Source: Candidatus Binatia bacterium (GTDB taxonomy: Bacteria; Desulfobacterota; Binatia; UBA9968; JAJDTQ01). From it: 64,000 nucleotides of DNA. Where the stretch lies: positions 2,880,001-2,944,000 of the forward strand of contig OY762897.2 of NCBI GenBank assembly GCA_963666515.2. The letters are read 5' to 3'. A model generated the notes under the pieces. It searched no databases. It had not been told where the DNA came from and was given only the letters and a program-made list of their open reading frames with translations. Positions 10,133 through 22,418 of this stretch are shown here, one piece after another (position 1 is the first letter of the stretch; each line of letters opens with the position of its first letter). The translations under genes and the position numbers were made by a program.

Positions 10133-10138
10133 TATAAT
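10133..10138 (+). promoter_or_regulatory. candidate sigma70 -10 box (TATAAT) for rlpA
   Basis: Perfect TATAAT in GC-rich DNA, 9 nt upstream of the rlpA ATG, in a divergent intergenic region. Confidence 0.5.
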
Positions 10139-10147
10139 CAGCGTCCG

Positions 10148-10840
10148 ATGGTTCCTGCACGCGTCTGGCGGTTGTGCTCCGGGTGGGCCGCCGTCCTCGT
10201 CCTTCTGCTCTCCGCCTGCGCCCCCTCGAAACCGCCGGCGCCGCCCCTGCGCGTCCCCACGCCGCCGGCGGTGCCGCTCTCGCAGGAGGGCATCGCGTCC
10301 TGGTACGGACCCGGCTTCCACGGCAAGAAGACCACCAGCGGGACCGTCTACGACCAGTACGGCATGACCGCGGCGCACCAGACGCTGCCGCTGGGCTCCA
10401 GCGTGCAGGTCACCAACCTCGCCAACGGCAAGTCGGTCACCGTGCTGATCAACGACCGGGGACCCTTCGTCAAGGGGCGGGTCATCGACCTCTCCTACGC
10501 CGCGGCCGAGGCGGTGGACATGATAGGACCGGGAACGGCGCCGGTCCGCGTGGACGTCCTGGACACCGGCGGATACCCGCTCACGGCCATTCCCGACCGC
10601 CTCGACTACACCTTGCAGGTGGGGGCGTTCCTGGACCTGGCAAAGGCCCGCGAGATGAAGGACCGGCTCGAGAGCCGCTACGACAGGACGGTGGTGATCG
10701 AGCCCCACGAGGGCTACCACCGGGTGCGCCTCGGCACCTTCGCCGGCGAGGACGCAGCACGGGAGTACGGCGCCCGCCTTTCCGACGAAGGGTTGCCGGT
10801 GGTGATCGTCGAGGTGTGGCCGCGGGTGGCGGAGGAGTGA
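10148..10840 (+). CDS. rlpA: septal ring lytic transglycosylase RlpA lipoprotein with SPOR domain
   Basis: Lipobox [34 protein letters not shown]; C-terminal LQVGAF SPOR. Confidence 0.93.
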   Translation: MVPARVWRLCSGWAAVLVLLLSACAPSKPPAPPLRVPTPPAVPLSQEGIASWYGPGFHGKKTTSGTVYDQYGMTAAHQTLPLGSSVQVTNLANGKSVTVLINDRGPFVKGRVIDLSYAAAEAVDMIGPGTAPVRVDVLDTGGYPLTAIPDRLDYTLQVGAFLDLAKAREMKDRLESRYDRTVVIEPHEGYHRVRLGTFAGEDAAREYGARLSDEGLPVVIVEVWPRVAEE

Positions 10841-10877
10841 GGGCGCCGCGACAGCATCCGCCTGCCCGGAACCGCGG

Positions 10878-11687
10878 TCAACGTGGGAAGTACCGGTCCC
10901 CCTCCCGATGGACCCGTTCCTCGGCTACAAGCTTCAGGAGGTGCGCCTCGACGGAGGAATGGGCAACGCGCATGAGCGCGGGCGGGTAGTCCACGTAGAT
11001 GGCCGCCACCAGTTCGCCGATGGAGCGGCGTCCGTCGCGCAGACCCTGGAGGATCTGGTCCTCGCGCATCAGCCGGTGGTCGATGTACTCGCGGATCTTG
11101 GCCATGGGGTCGGTCACGAACGGGCCGTGGCCGGGAAGCAGCAGGCGGATGTCGAGCGAAAGGAGCTTCTCGAGGGACTCCATGTAGTGGACCATGTTCC
11201 CTTCGCCGGCCGGCACCACGGTGGTGCCCTTGCCCAGGATGTGGTCGCCCGCGAAGAGAATCTTGCGCTCGCGCTCGTAGAAGCAGCAGTGCCCGGCCTC
11301 GTGCCCCGGGGTGAACACCACCTCCAGTTCGCCGCCGTCATAGGGGATGCGGTCGCCCTCGTCGTAGGTGAAGTCCTCGCCGCCGAGATGGCCGGCGCGC
11401 ACCCGTGAGATGCCCACCTCGGCACCGGTGCGCTCCTTGAGCGCCAGCGCCCCGCCGCAGTGGTCCATGTGAATGTGGGTCAGCAGGATGCGGGTGATGC
11501 GTGTCCCGCCCAGCGCCTCCATTTCGGCCAGCAGCCCATTGATGTTGTCCTCCGAACCGAGGGCGACGTCGATGACGGTGATGTCCCGGCGGCCCAGGAG
11601 GTACTGGTTGGTGCCCCGGAGGGTCATGTAGCCGGGGTTGGTAGCAGTGAGGCAGCGAATGTTCTCGGCGTTCTCTACCGTGGGCAT
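10878..11687 (-). CDS. MBL-fold metallo-hydrolase (LACTB2-like)
   Basis: NPG.MTL.GTN, THIHMDH, TPGH, GDH, PGHG. Confidence 0.88.
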   Translation of the reverse strand: MPTVENAENIRCLTATNPGYMTLRGTNQYLLGRRDITVIDVALGSEDNINGLLAEMEALGGTRITRILLTHIHMDHCGGALALKERTGAEVGISRVRAGHLGGEDFTYDEGDRIPYDGGELEVVFTPGHEAGHCCFYERERKILFAGDHILGKGTTVVPAGEGNMVHYMESLEKLLSLDIRLLLPGHGPFVTDPMAKIREYIDHRLMREDQILQGLRDGRRSIGELVAAIYVDYPPALMRVAHSSVEAHLLKLVAEERVHREGDRYFPR

Positions 11688-11775
11688 GGGCGGTTATTCC
11701 TTGTAGCCGGTCGCAGGCGGGTTCTGCACTGCCCCTGCGTGTCTCTCCATGGGGCGGCGTCGATACCCCTGCACC

Positions 11776-12648
11776 TCATGTGCCGGAAAGCGCCTCGGCC
11801 AGTTCCAGCGTCCGGCGTGCCCGCTCGATGATGGGGCGGTCGATGAGCTGGCCGCCGAAGGCCACCGAGCCGTCGCCGCGGGCCTGGGCCTCCTCGTACG
11901 CTTCGATGACCCTTCGGGCGTAGTCGATCTCGTCGGCGCCCGGGCTGAAGGCGGCGTTGATGGGCGCGATCTGGGCCGGATGGATCGACGACATGCCGGT
12001 GAAGCCCAGGCGCCGCGACTGCAGCGCGAACCGCGCCAGTCCGTCCGGGTCCTGGAGGTCCACCCAGACGCCGTCCACGGCCTGGACGTGGGCGGAGGCC
12101 GCGGCCACCACCAGCGCCGAGCGCGCGTAGAGCAATTCCTGCGCCTCCCCCTCGCGGGCGGCGGGCAGCCCCAGCTCCCGGCCGAAGTCCTCCGCGCCGA
12201 ACATGAGCCCGACCACGCGCGGCGAGCACGCGGCGATGGCCGGCGCCGCCAGCAGCCCCCGCGGGCTCTCGATGGCCACCAGCAGCCTCACGGTCGTGCC
12301 CGTGGACGCCTCGTGCTCCGCCACCAGCGACTCGACGGTCGCGATCTCTTCCGGCGACTCCACCTTGGGCAGCACGAGCCCGTCGAGCCCCGGGCGCAGC
12401 ACCGCGGCCAGGTCGTCCGCCATGCGCTGGTGCCCGATGGCGTTGATGCGCACGTAGCGCAAGGGCTGTCCCGGGCTCCGCTCCCGGCCCAGGGCCTCGC
12501 CGATGAGCTGCCGCGCCTGGTCCTTCTCCGCCGGCGCCACGCCGTCCTCGATGTCCAGCATCAGCGCATCGGCGTCCAGCCCCAGGGCCTTGTCGATCAT
12601 CCGCTGCCGGTGCCCCGGCACGAACATCCAGGAACGTTGAAGAGCCAT
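11776..12648 (-). CDS. CitE/HpcH family CoA-ester lyase
   Basis: RSWMFVPG, DIEDGV, YVRIN, LPKVES, FGAEDF, IHPAQI. Confidence 0.92.
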   Translation of the reverse strand: MALQRSWMFVPGHRQRMIDKALGLDADALMLDIEDGVAPAEKDQARQLIGEALGRERSPGQPLRYVRINAIGHQRMADDLAAVLRPGLDGLVLPKVESPEEIATVESLVAEHEASTGTTVRLLVAIESPRGLLAAPAIAACSPRVVGLMFGAEDFGRELGLPAAREGEAQELLYARSALVVAAASAHVQAVDGVWVDLQDPDGLARFALQSRRLGFTGMSSIHPAQIAPINAAFSPGADEIDYARRVIEAYEEAQARGDGSVAFGGQLIDRPIIERARRTLELAEALSGT

Positions 12649-12713
12649 ACGATCTGTCCTGTCGCCACCGCCGGCGCGTCGTGCGCCGGATCGAACCGCA
12701 GGAGGCGAAGTTT

Positions 12714-12738
12714 GTAGGGGCGGGTTTCAAACCCGCCC
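12714..12738 (+). repeat. GTAG-type REP palindrome
   Basis: GTAG-GGGCGGGTTT-C-AAACCCGCCC, intergenic. Confidence 0.7.
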
Positions 12739-12788
12739 GCGCCCCCATCGTGCCGCCAGCCGGGCTCCCGGCGGTTCCGAGCTTTGTC

Positions 12789-13952
12789 TCAATACGACCG
12801 CGGCATCCCCAGCACGTGCTGGCCCAGGTAGGCCAACACCAGGTTGTTGCTCACCGGCGCGATAGTCAGCAGCCGGGTCTCGCGGAACTTGCGCTCCACG
12901 TCGTAGTCCACCGACAGCCCGTAGCCGCCGTGGGTGGTCATGCAGGCGTTGGCCGCCTCCCACGCGGCTTCCGAGGCCAGCAGCTTGGCCATGTTGGCCT
13001 CGGCGCCGCAGCGCTCGCTGCGGTCGAACTTCGAGGCCGCGTGCCAGCGCACCAGGTCCGCGGCCTCGATGTGGGCGTAGGCCTGGACGATGGGGAACTG
13101 GATGCCCTGGTTGGCGCCGATGGGCCGGCCGAAAACCTCCCGCTCGCCGGCGTAGCGCGACGCCCGCTCCACGAACCAGCGGCCGTCCCCCACCGCCTCC
13201 GCGGCGATCAGCACGCGCTCGGCGTTCCAGCCGTCGATGATGTAGCGGAACCCCATGCCCTCCTCGCCGATGAGGTTCTCCGCCGGCACCTCCAGGTCGG
13301 AGAAGAAGAGCGCGTTGGTGTGATGGTTGATCATCATGTCCAGCGGCTTCACTTCCAGCGCGCCACCGGCTTCCCGGAGGTCCACCAGGAACGCCGACAG
13401 GCCGCGGGTCTTGTCCGTCAGCTCGTCGTAGGGCGTGGTGCGGGCCAGCAGCAGCATGAGGTCGGACTGGAGCACCCGGGAGATGAATATCTTCTGCCCG
13501 TTGACCACGTAGCGGTCGCCCTTGCGCACCGCGGTGGTGCGGATGCGCGTGGTCTCGGTGCCGGAGTCGGGCTCGGTGACTCCGAACGCCTGGAGACGAA
13601 GCTCGCCGCCGGCCACGCCGGGCAAGTAGCGCCGCTTCTGCTCCTCGCTGCCGTGCCGCAGCACCGTGCCCATGGTGTACATCTGCGCGTGGCAGGCGGT
13701 GGCGTTTCCGCCCCAGCGGTTGATCTCCTCCAGGATGATGCTCGCCTCGGTGATGCCGAGGCCGATGCCGCCGTACTCCTCCGGGATCAGCGCCGCCAGC
13801 CAACCCAGCTCCGTGAGCCTGCGCACGAACGCCTCCGGATACTCGCCCTTGGCGTCCACTTCCCGCCAGTAGGGGTCGGAGAAGTCCTGGCAGACCTTGC
13901 GGATCTCCTCCCGGAGCTGCACTTGGTCGTCGGTGAGGGTGAAATCCATCAT
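12789..13952 (-). CDS. acyl-CoA dehydrogenase
   Basis: IPEEYGG, FGVTEP, NGQKIFIS, R.VFGRPIG.NQ, THGGYG. Confidence 0.93.
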   Translation of the reverse strand: MMDFTLTDDQVQLREEIRKVCQDFSDPYWREVDAKGEYPEAFVRRLTELGWLAALIPEEYGGIGLGITEASIILEEINRWGGNATACHAQMYTMGTVLRHGSEEQKRRYLPGVAGGELRLQAFGVTEPDSGTETTRIRTTAVRKGDRYVVNGQKIFISRVLQSDLMLLLARTTPYDELTDKTRGLSAFLVDLREAGGALEVKPLDMMINHHTNALFFSDLEVPAENLIGEEGMGFRYIIDGWNAERVLIAAEAVGDGRWFVERASRYAGEREVFGRPIGANQGIQFPIVQAYAHIEAADLVRWHAASKFDRSERCGAEANMAKLLASEAAWEAANACMTTHGGYGLSVDYDVERKFRETRLLTIAPVSNNLVLAYLGQHVLGMPRSY

Positions 13953-14087
13953 GGGTACCGCCACTATACTACACGGACGCTGCTCGCGAATGCCAGTTCG
14001 GCGCAGCCGCTCGAAACCCCCTTCGCCGATGCCCCTCTGACCCCCGGCTTGGCAAAGCCCGAAGGCAGGCGCGATGGGGACGGCGCG

Positions 14088-15233
14088 TCAGACGATCTCA
14101 CCGGCATGCAGCATGCGCAGGAACTCGTCGTAGCGCATGACGTCGATGCCGTCGATGCGGCGGCGGTCGGCTTCCGCGGTGACGACGATCGCCCTGCGCG
14201 GCGCGAATTCCTCCACGAAGGCCCTGATGGGCCGCAGGTCGCCGCTGCGCACACGGCCCTTGACTTCCAGCGCCACCGCGCCGCGGTCGAGCACGAAATC
14301 GACCTCCAGCCCGCTCTTGGTACGCCAGAACTCGATGGCGTAGTCCTTTTCCTGGTAGCCGCGTGCGGCGATGATCTCCAGCAACAGGAAGTGCTCGAAG
14401 GCGCGGCCGAACTCCGCTCCCGCGGCGCCGGTCACGGTCCTCCCGCAGACCTGCCCGGCCACGCCGACGTCGAAAAGATAGAACTTCGGCGCCGCCGAGA
14501 TGCTCTGGCGGCCGGCGCGGCGGTGGAACGGGTAGATCAGGTAACCGACGAGCGTGTCTTGCAGAATCTCGAAGTAGGTGCGCACGGTTTTCGCGTCAAC
14601 GCCGCAGTCCCGGGCGATGGCCGCGTAGTTCAGCAACTCGCCGTGGCAGAACCGCAATGCCTCGAAGAACCGCGTGAAGGCGGCGGTGTTCCGGGTCAGG
14701 CCCTCGTTGATGATCTCCTGGGTGAGATAGTCGCGCACATAGGCGACCAGCGACCGTCGAAAGCGCGGCTCGGTGTAGATGCCGGGGAGCAGGCCGCGGT
14801 TCAATGCCCGCAGGAGATCGAAATCCGGTATCTCCGACCACGTGAGGGGAAACATCTCGAAGCGCCAGGCGCGGCCGCCCAGCAGGTTGACTCCGGCGCG
14901 CTTCAGCTTGCGGGCACTGGAGCCGCAGAGCACGAACGACAGGCGGTGGGTCTCGATCAGCCGGTGCACCTCGTCGAGCAGGCCCGGTGCTTTCTGGATT
15001 TCGTCGATAATCACGGGATGGACAGCGGTTTCGGGCGCGGATAGCAGCTCCTCGCCAAGCCGGGAAGGGCGGGCGCCAAGGCGCAGCACGGTATCCGCGT
15101 CGAGCAGGTCGATGTATGTGCTGGCCGGGAACCGCTCACGGAGGAACGTGGATTTACCGGTTTGCCGCGCTCCCCAGAGGAACGCGGAGCGCCCCGGAGG
15201 CAGATCGATGGAAAGGCGTCGGTGAAAACTCAT
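14088..15233 (-). CDS. AAA_14 ATPase with C-terminal DUF4143
   Basis: GARQTGKST, IIDEIQ, GSSA, LLGGRA, PKFYLFDVG, EVDFV..ALEVK. Confidence 0.9.
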   Translation of the reverse strand: MSFHRRLSIDLPPGRSAFLWGARQTGKSTFLRERFPASTYIDLLDADTVLRLGARPSRLGEELLSAPETAVHPVIIDEIQKAPGLLDEVHRLIETHRLSFVLCGSSARKLKRAGVNLLGGRAWRFEMFPLTWSEIPDFDLLRALNRGLLPGIYTEPRFRRSLVAYVRDYLTQEIINEGLTRNTAAFTRFFEALRFCHGELLNYAAIARDCGVDAKTVRTYFEILQDTLVGYLIYPFHRRAGRQSISAAPKFYLFDVGVAGQVCGRTVTGAAGAEFGRAFEHFLLLEIIAARGYQEKDYAIEFWRTKSGLEVDFVLDRGAVALEVKGRVRSGDLRPIRAFVEEFAPRRAIVVTAEADRRRIDGIDVMRYDEFLRMLHAGEIV

Positions 15234-15440
15234 CAACAATGTAGCCCTGATTGGTTAGACCAATATGGATGATATTCCCGATTGGTACTGGATGCAACCA
15301 CCGGCGCACAGCTTGCCCTTCCCGCGCAATCGCGACCCATTCTTGAAGTCGGAAAATTCTCAAGCGCGAAAGCCGGAGGGTCTTTCCCCGATTCCTGTTG
15401 AACGGCATCACGGCTCATGGCAAGCTCTGGAAACGTCATC

Positions 15441-16481
15441 ATGAGCCACTCCGTCAGGATACACGCCGTCATGAGCGGACTTGCCGTCATCGCTGGAGTT
15501 GCGGCGCTGGCGGCGGCCGTCCTTGCCCCCCGCGGAGCGGAATCCGCCATGTGCACGGACGGAACCCGCGTCCTGCGGGTGGGTTTCTATTCCGACTTCA
15601 AACCCGTCAGCTACAGCGCGGACCTCGCCCCCGGTTCCCTCGGGTTCGACGTTCACCGCGGTTACGAAGCCGACCTGCTGACCGCGCTGGAAGCCCTGAA
15701 GGGGGCCGGGCTGTCGTTCTCCCGCCGCGGCATCGGCAATCCTTTCAGCGGCATCTGGCTCAAGGCCGCGCGCCCGGAATTCGATATCGTCGGCGGCGGC
15801 ATCACCGTCCGCGAGGACCGCACCCGCAACGAGACCGGTGACCGGGTAATCCGGTTCACCGCGGGACACATCTCGTTCCTGCAGACCCTTCTGGTGCGCG
15901 CGGAGGACGCCGCGCGGCTCGACGGCCACGACAAGCTCACCAGCACCCACCGCGTCGGCGCCGTCGCACAAACCACCGGAGAGGAACGCCTGCTGCAATT
16001 GACCGGCATCACCGGCGAGAACGGCGTGCTGGTGGCCGGCACGAAGGTTTCGATGGAGGGCGGAGCGGTGGTGGTAGCCGACGGCAAGCGCCACTTCGTC
16101 ACTGCGGCGAGGGCGTCGGGTGGTCTGGAGAAGCGGCGGTCCATCAGCCCGGCGGGCCCGACCATGCCGCAGGTGAGGTACTACGATCTCGAAAAGGAAC
16201 TGCTGGACGCTCTGGCCGACGGCGAGATCGACGCAGTGGCAAGGGGGAACATCGGCAACCGCGACGCCAGCGCGGCGTCGGGCCGCGCCCTGGTGATCGC
16301 GGCGCGAGACCCCGATCCCGCCAAGCGCGAGCGCGGAGGCTTTGCGCTGGACGCCGCGGACGCCGCGCTGGCGGCCTGCCTCGACGAGAAGATCAACCTG
16401 CTGACCGATAACGGACGCATCGACTATCCGCAGTGGAAGGCCAACCCGTCAGTGTTCATGGAGCGCGCCCGGAAGTTTTGA
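15441..16481 (+). CDS. secreted substrate-binding-domain protein (ABC family 3-like)
   Basis: Signal-like N-terminus; LRVGFYSDFKPVSY, GYEADLL, FDIVGGGIT...R, LADGEIDAV. Confidence 0.7.
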   Translation: MSHSVRIHAVMSGLAVIAGVAALAAAVLAPRGAESAMCTDGTRVLRVGFYSDFKPVSYSADLAPGSLGFDVHRGYEADLLTALEALKGAGLSFSRRGIGNPFSGIWLKAARPEFDIVGGGITVREDRTRNETGDRVIRFTAGHISFLQTLLVRAEDAARLDGHDKLTSTHRVGAVAQTTGEERLLQLTGITGENGVLVAGTKVSMEGGAVVVADGKRHFVTAARASGGLEKRRSISPAGPTMPQVRYYDLEKELLDALADGEIDAVARGNIGNRDASAASGRALVIAARDPDPAKRERGGFALDAADAALAACLDEKINLLTDNGRIDYPQWKANPSVFMERARKF

Positions 16482-17254
16482 GCCAGGACGATGACAGGAC
16501 TGATGTCGCGACGCCCCGGTTCGTTGTCGGTTTGGCCGGAATGTGTTTCGCTCTGGCCCTGACGGCTGCGAGCCTCGGAGCGCAGCCGCCGGTGGCGCTC
16601 GATGTCGGAAATTTCTCGGCCGCGGAAGCCGGCGGACCTTTCCCGGATCCCTGGGAGCCGCTCACCTTCGACAAGATCGAAAAGCACACGGAATACTCAC
16701 TGGTAGCAGACAACGGAGTGGTGGCGGTCAAGGCGGTGAGCCGGGGCTCGGCCTCGGGACTGGTGCGCAAGGTGGACATCGACCCGATGCGGTATCCCGT
16801 CATCGAATGGCGGTGGAAGGTCGAGAACATCCTGAAGAAGGGCGACGTCACCCGGAGAGACGGCGACGACTACCCCGCCCGCGTGTACGTCACGTTCAAG
16901 TATGACGGCAGCAAGGTGGGATTTTTCGAGCGGGCGAAGTACGAGGCCATCCGGCTCGCCCGCGGGGAATACCCGCCCATGGGAGCCATCACGTACATCT
17001 GGGAGAGCAGGAGCCCGGTGGGAACCATGGTCCCCAATCCCTACACCGACCGAGTCAAGATGATCGTGCTGGAAAGTGGAACGGAGAAGGTCGGCCGCTG
17101 GGTCAACGAATCCCGGAACCTCGTCGAAGACTACCGGAAGGCGTTCGGCGGAGACCCGCCGCGGATTTCCGGTGTGGCCCTGATGACCGACACCGACAAC
17201 ACCGGGGAGTCGGCGGTGGCCTGGTTCGGGGATATCGTGTTCAAGGCGCGGTGA
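16478..17254 (+). CDS. DUF3047 domain-containing exported protein
   Basis: WRWKV, DDYPARVYV.F, YIW, E.RNL.EDY..AFG, MTDTDNT; start uncertain. Confidence 0.85.
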   Translation: MSQDDDRTDVATPRFVVGLAGMCFALALTAASLGAQPPVALDVGNFSAAEAGGPFPDPWEPLTFDKIEKHTEYSLVADNGVVAVKAVSRGSASGLVRKVDIDPMRYPVIEWRWKVENILKKGDVTRRDGDDYPARVYVTFKYDGSKVGFFERAKYEAIRLARGEYPPMGAITYIWESRSPVGTMVPNPYTDRVKMIVLESGTEKVGRWVNESRNLVEDYRKAFGGDPPRISGVALMTDTDNTGESAVAWFGDIVFKAR

Positions 17255-17345
17255 CCGGTGGCCTGTGCTACGCTTGCGTCGGGTTGCGCCTTCGGCTAAC
17301 CCGACCTGCATCGGGCTGGAGAACTCGTCTGGAAGGAGGTCGCTC

Positions 17346-17852
17346 ATGGCAGTCGTGAAGGGCTGGGAAGGCCGCTACTTCGAGGACTTCAACGTCGGCG
17401 ACGTATACCGGTGCCGTGTCGGGCGCACGGTGACCGAGAACGACAACATCTGGTTCACGCTGCTCACCAACAACAGCAACCAGATCCACTTCAACAACGA
17501 GTACGGCAAGCGCACCGAGTTCGGCAAGTGCCTGATCAACAGCGCCCTGACCCTGGCCATCGTGGCGGGCATGGGTGTGGCCGACGTGAGCGAGAACGGC
17601 TTCGCCCTGGGCTGGGACCAGATCACGCTGCCCAACCCGCTGTTCGCCGGCGACACGCTGTACTCCGAGTCCGAGGTGATGGAGAAGCGCGACTCCAGGT
17701 CCAAGCCCCAGTGGGGCATCGTCAAGGTCCGCACCCGGGGCGTCCAGCAGGAGGGCAAGGTCGTCATCGACTACACCCGCAGCGTCATGGTCTGGCGCAA
17801 GGAGTTCGCGCCGCGGCGGGACATCTTCCCGGAGATCGTCGATGGTGAGTAG
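17346..17852 (+). CDS. MaoC family dehydratase
   Basis: GRYFEDF.VG, RTVTENDN..F..LT.N.NQIH, PLFAGDTL; GGAGG RBS. Confidence 0.9.
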   Translation: MAVVKGWEGRYFEDFNVGDVYRCRVGRTVTENDNIWFTLLTNNSNQIHFNNEYGKRTEFGKCLINSALTLAIVAGMGVADVSENGFALGWDQITLPNPLFAGDTLYSESEVMEKRDSRSKPQWGIVKVRTRGVQQEGKVVIDYTRSVMVWRKEFAPRRDIFPEIVDGE

Positions 17853-17897
17853 GCGGGCACGCGAAGGCGGCGGGCGCCCGTCCGTGGCGCACGGAGC

Positions 17898-19106
17898 ATG
17901 CGAATGAGATCGCCCGAAACCAACGGCGCTCTGGCGCTCGACGGCGTGCGGGTCATGGCCTTCGAGCAGGTGCTCGCCGGCCCGTTCGGCACCGGCCTGC
18001 TGGGAGAGATGGGGGCCGAGGTCATCAAGATCGAGCGTCCCGGCGTGGGCGACCTGATCCGCCACTGGGACACCGCGGTGAAGGGTTTGTCGTCCGGCTA
18101 CGTGTGGCTCAACCGCAACAAGAAGAGCCTCACGGTGGACGTCAAGAAGCCGGAGGGCCTGGAGGTGCTACACAAGCTGGCGAAAACCACGGACGTATTC
18201 TTCGAGAACTACGCCCCCGGCGTGGCCGAGCGGGTGGGGCTGGGATGGGAAACCCTGCACGAGTTGAACCCGCGGCTCATCTACTGCTCGCTTTCGGGCT
18301 ATGGCCAGGACGGCCCCTACCGGGATATCAAGGCCTACGACCTGCTGATCCAGGGCGAGGCCGGCATCATCGCCACCACCGGCTATCCCGACAAGCCCGC
18401 ACGCGCGGGCGTGTCCGTCTCCGACATCGCCTCCGGCATGTACGCGGCGCTGGGCATCGTGCTGGCGCTGTTCCAGCGGGAGAAGACCGGCGAGGGGCAG
18501 GTCATCGACATCTCCATGTTCGAGAGCATCCTCTCCTGGCTCGGCTACTTCCCGCACCACTACTGGCACCGGGGCGAAGAGCCCGACCGGGTGGGCATGC
18601 GCCACCACTACGTCACCCCGTACGGGCCCTACATGGCGGGCGATGGCGAGTACGTGAACCTAGCGGTGGCCACGCCCCGGGACTGGGAGACCTTCTGCCT
18701 CAAGGTGATGCAGCGGCCGTCGCTGATGGAGGATACCCGCTTCGCCACCGTGGAAGCGCGCAAGGAGAACCGCGGCGTGCTGGAGGAGACCATCGAGCGG
18801 CTCTTCCTGGAGCACGGCCACGAGACTTGGCTCAAGCGCCTGCAGGACGCCGGGCTGCCCAACGGCAAGGTCCGCGGCATCGCCCAGGTGCTGGCCCATC
18901 CCCAGGCGGCCGCCCGCCGCATGATCCGGGAAGTGGACTCCCCCGTGGGCAAGGTTCCGGTCATCGGCAGCCCGTTGAAACTGTCCGGCAGCCCGGCCCG
19001 CTACGACCCCATCCCGGAACTTGGCGGCGCCACCGACGCGATCCTGGAAGAGTTGGGCTACGACGCGGACGCCATCGCGCGGATGCACCGGGACAAGGCG
19101 GTCTGA
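17898..19106 (+). CDS. CoA-transferase family III (CaiB/BaiF)
   Basis: LDGVRV, LAGPF, GAEVIKIERPG.GD, NRNKKS, GYGQDGP, AYD. Confidence 0.93.
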   Translation: MRMRSPETNGALALDGVRVMAFEQVLAGPFGTGLLGEMGAEVIKIERPGVGDLIRHWDTAVKGLSSGYVWLNRNKKSLTVDVKKPEGLEVLHKLAKTTDVFFENYAPGVAERVGLGWETLHELNPRLIYCSLSGYGQDGPYRDIKAYDLLIQGEAGIIATTGYPDKPARAGVSVSDIASGMYAALGIVLALFQREKTGEGQVIDISMFESILSWLGYFPHHYWHRGEEPDRVGMRHHYVTPYGPYMAGDGEYVNLAVATPRDWETFCLKVMQRPSLMEDTRFATVEARKENRGVLEETIERLFLEHGHETWLKRLQDAGLPNGKVRGIAQVLAHPQAAARRMIREVDSPVGKVPVIGSPLKLSGSPARYDPIPELGGATDAILEELGYDADAIARMHRDKAV

Positions 19107-19146
19107 ATCCCCGTATCCTCCGAGCCAACCCGGCACCCCACAGACC

Positions 19147-19243
19147 TCATTCCTGCGAAACAGGCTGTGTCAAAACCCTCCGTGGTTACGGACATGGCGC
19201 CACGCCCGCTATCGTCATTCCGGCGAAAGCCGGAATGACGATA
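19147..19243. repeat. REP half-site + one MITE end + perfect REP hairpin (truncated MITE copy)
   Basis: TCATTCCTGCGAAA followed by CAGGCTGTGTCAAAAC at 19161; 15-bp stem with GAAA loop at 19210-19243. Confidence 0.7.
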
Positions 19244-19373
19244 CGGGGCTCCCTGCCGGTTTGGCAACCCGCAGCGGTTACGCTAGAAAGAGGGGTTTCA
19301 AGGCCCCGCGGCTTCCATCCGCCCGCGTCCTTCCGGACCGCCTGAAACCGAATTCCGTACCAAGGAGCTGACC

Positions 19374-22067
<2,694 letters not shown>

Positions 22068-22087
22068 CCCGGCGCCGTCCCGCATCC

Positions 22088-22369
22088 GTCATTCCCGCGA
22101 TAGCATGCCCTCAACCCCGATCGGAGGCGGGAATCCAGGACGGGGCCGGGATTCCCGCTTTCCAGGCCGTGTCAAAACACCATCTGAGAACAGGGACCAA
22201 CCCCTGAAACGTCATTCCCGCGGAAGCGGGAATCCAGGAGGGGTGAGGCGGGGAACGCCGCTGTAGCGCCCCGCCACCGCCCCTGGATTCCCGCTTTCGC
22301 GGGAATGACAGATTGGACTTTCGTCGCTGCGAAGTGGTGTTTTGACACGGCCTGTTTCGCGGGAATGAC
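22088..22369. repeat. REP-like doublet (GTCATTCCCGC-GAAA-GCGGGAATCCA family) downstream of acnA, second copy interrupted by a MITE
   Basis: Arms at 22088-22137 and 22149-22162 / 22355-22369. Confidence 0.8.
22163..22354. mobile_element. 192-bp MITE with perfect 20-bp terminal inverted repeats and 4-bp target duplication
   Basis: CAGGCCGTGTCAAAACACCA (22163-22182) and TGGTGTTTTGACACGGCCTG (22335-22354); TTTC on both flanks; no transposase. Confidence 0.85.
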
Positions 22370-22418
22370 AGGAGAGGACACAGCCCGTTCTTCAGGAACC
22401 CCGTCCGGTCTAATTCTC

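Noticed and set aside
9191-10720. 509-aa N-terminally extended YebC
   Set aside because: The extension is antisense to rlpA; the canonical MSGHSKW start is at 9937.
22080-22370. Possible CRISPR array from the recurring palindromic repeats
   Set aside because: Copies are inverted and irregularly spaced, with no unique equal-length spacers and no cas genes; they are REP/MITE structures.
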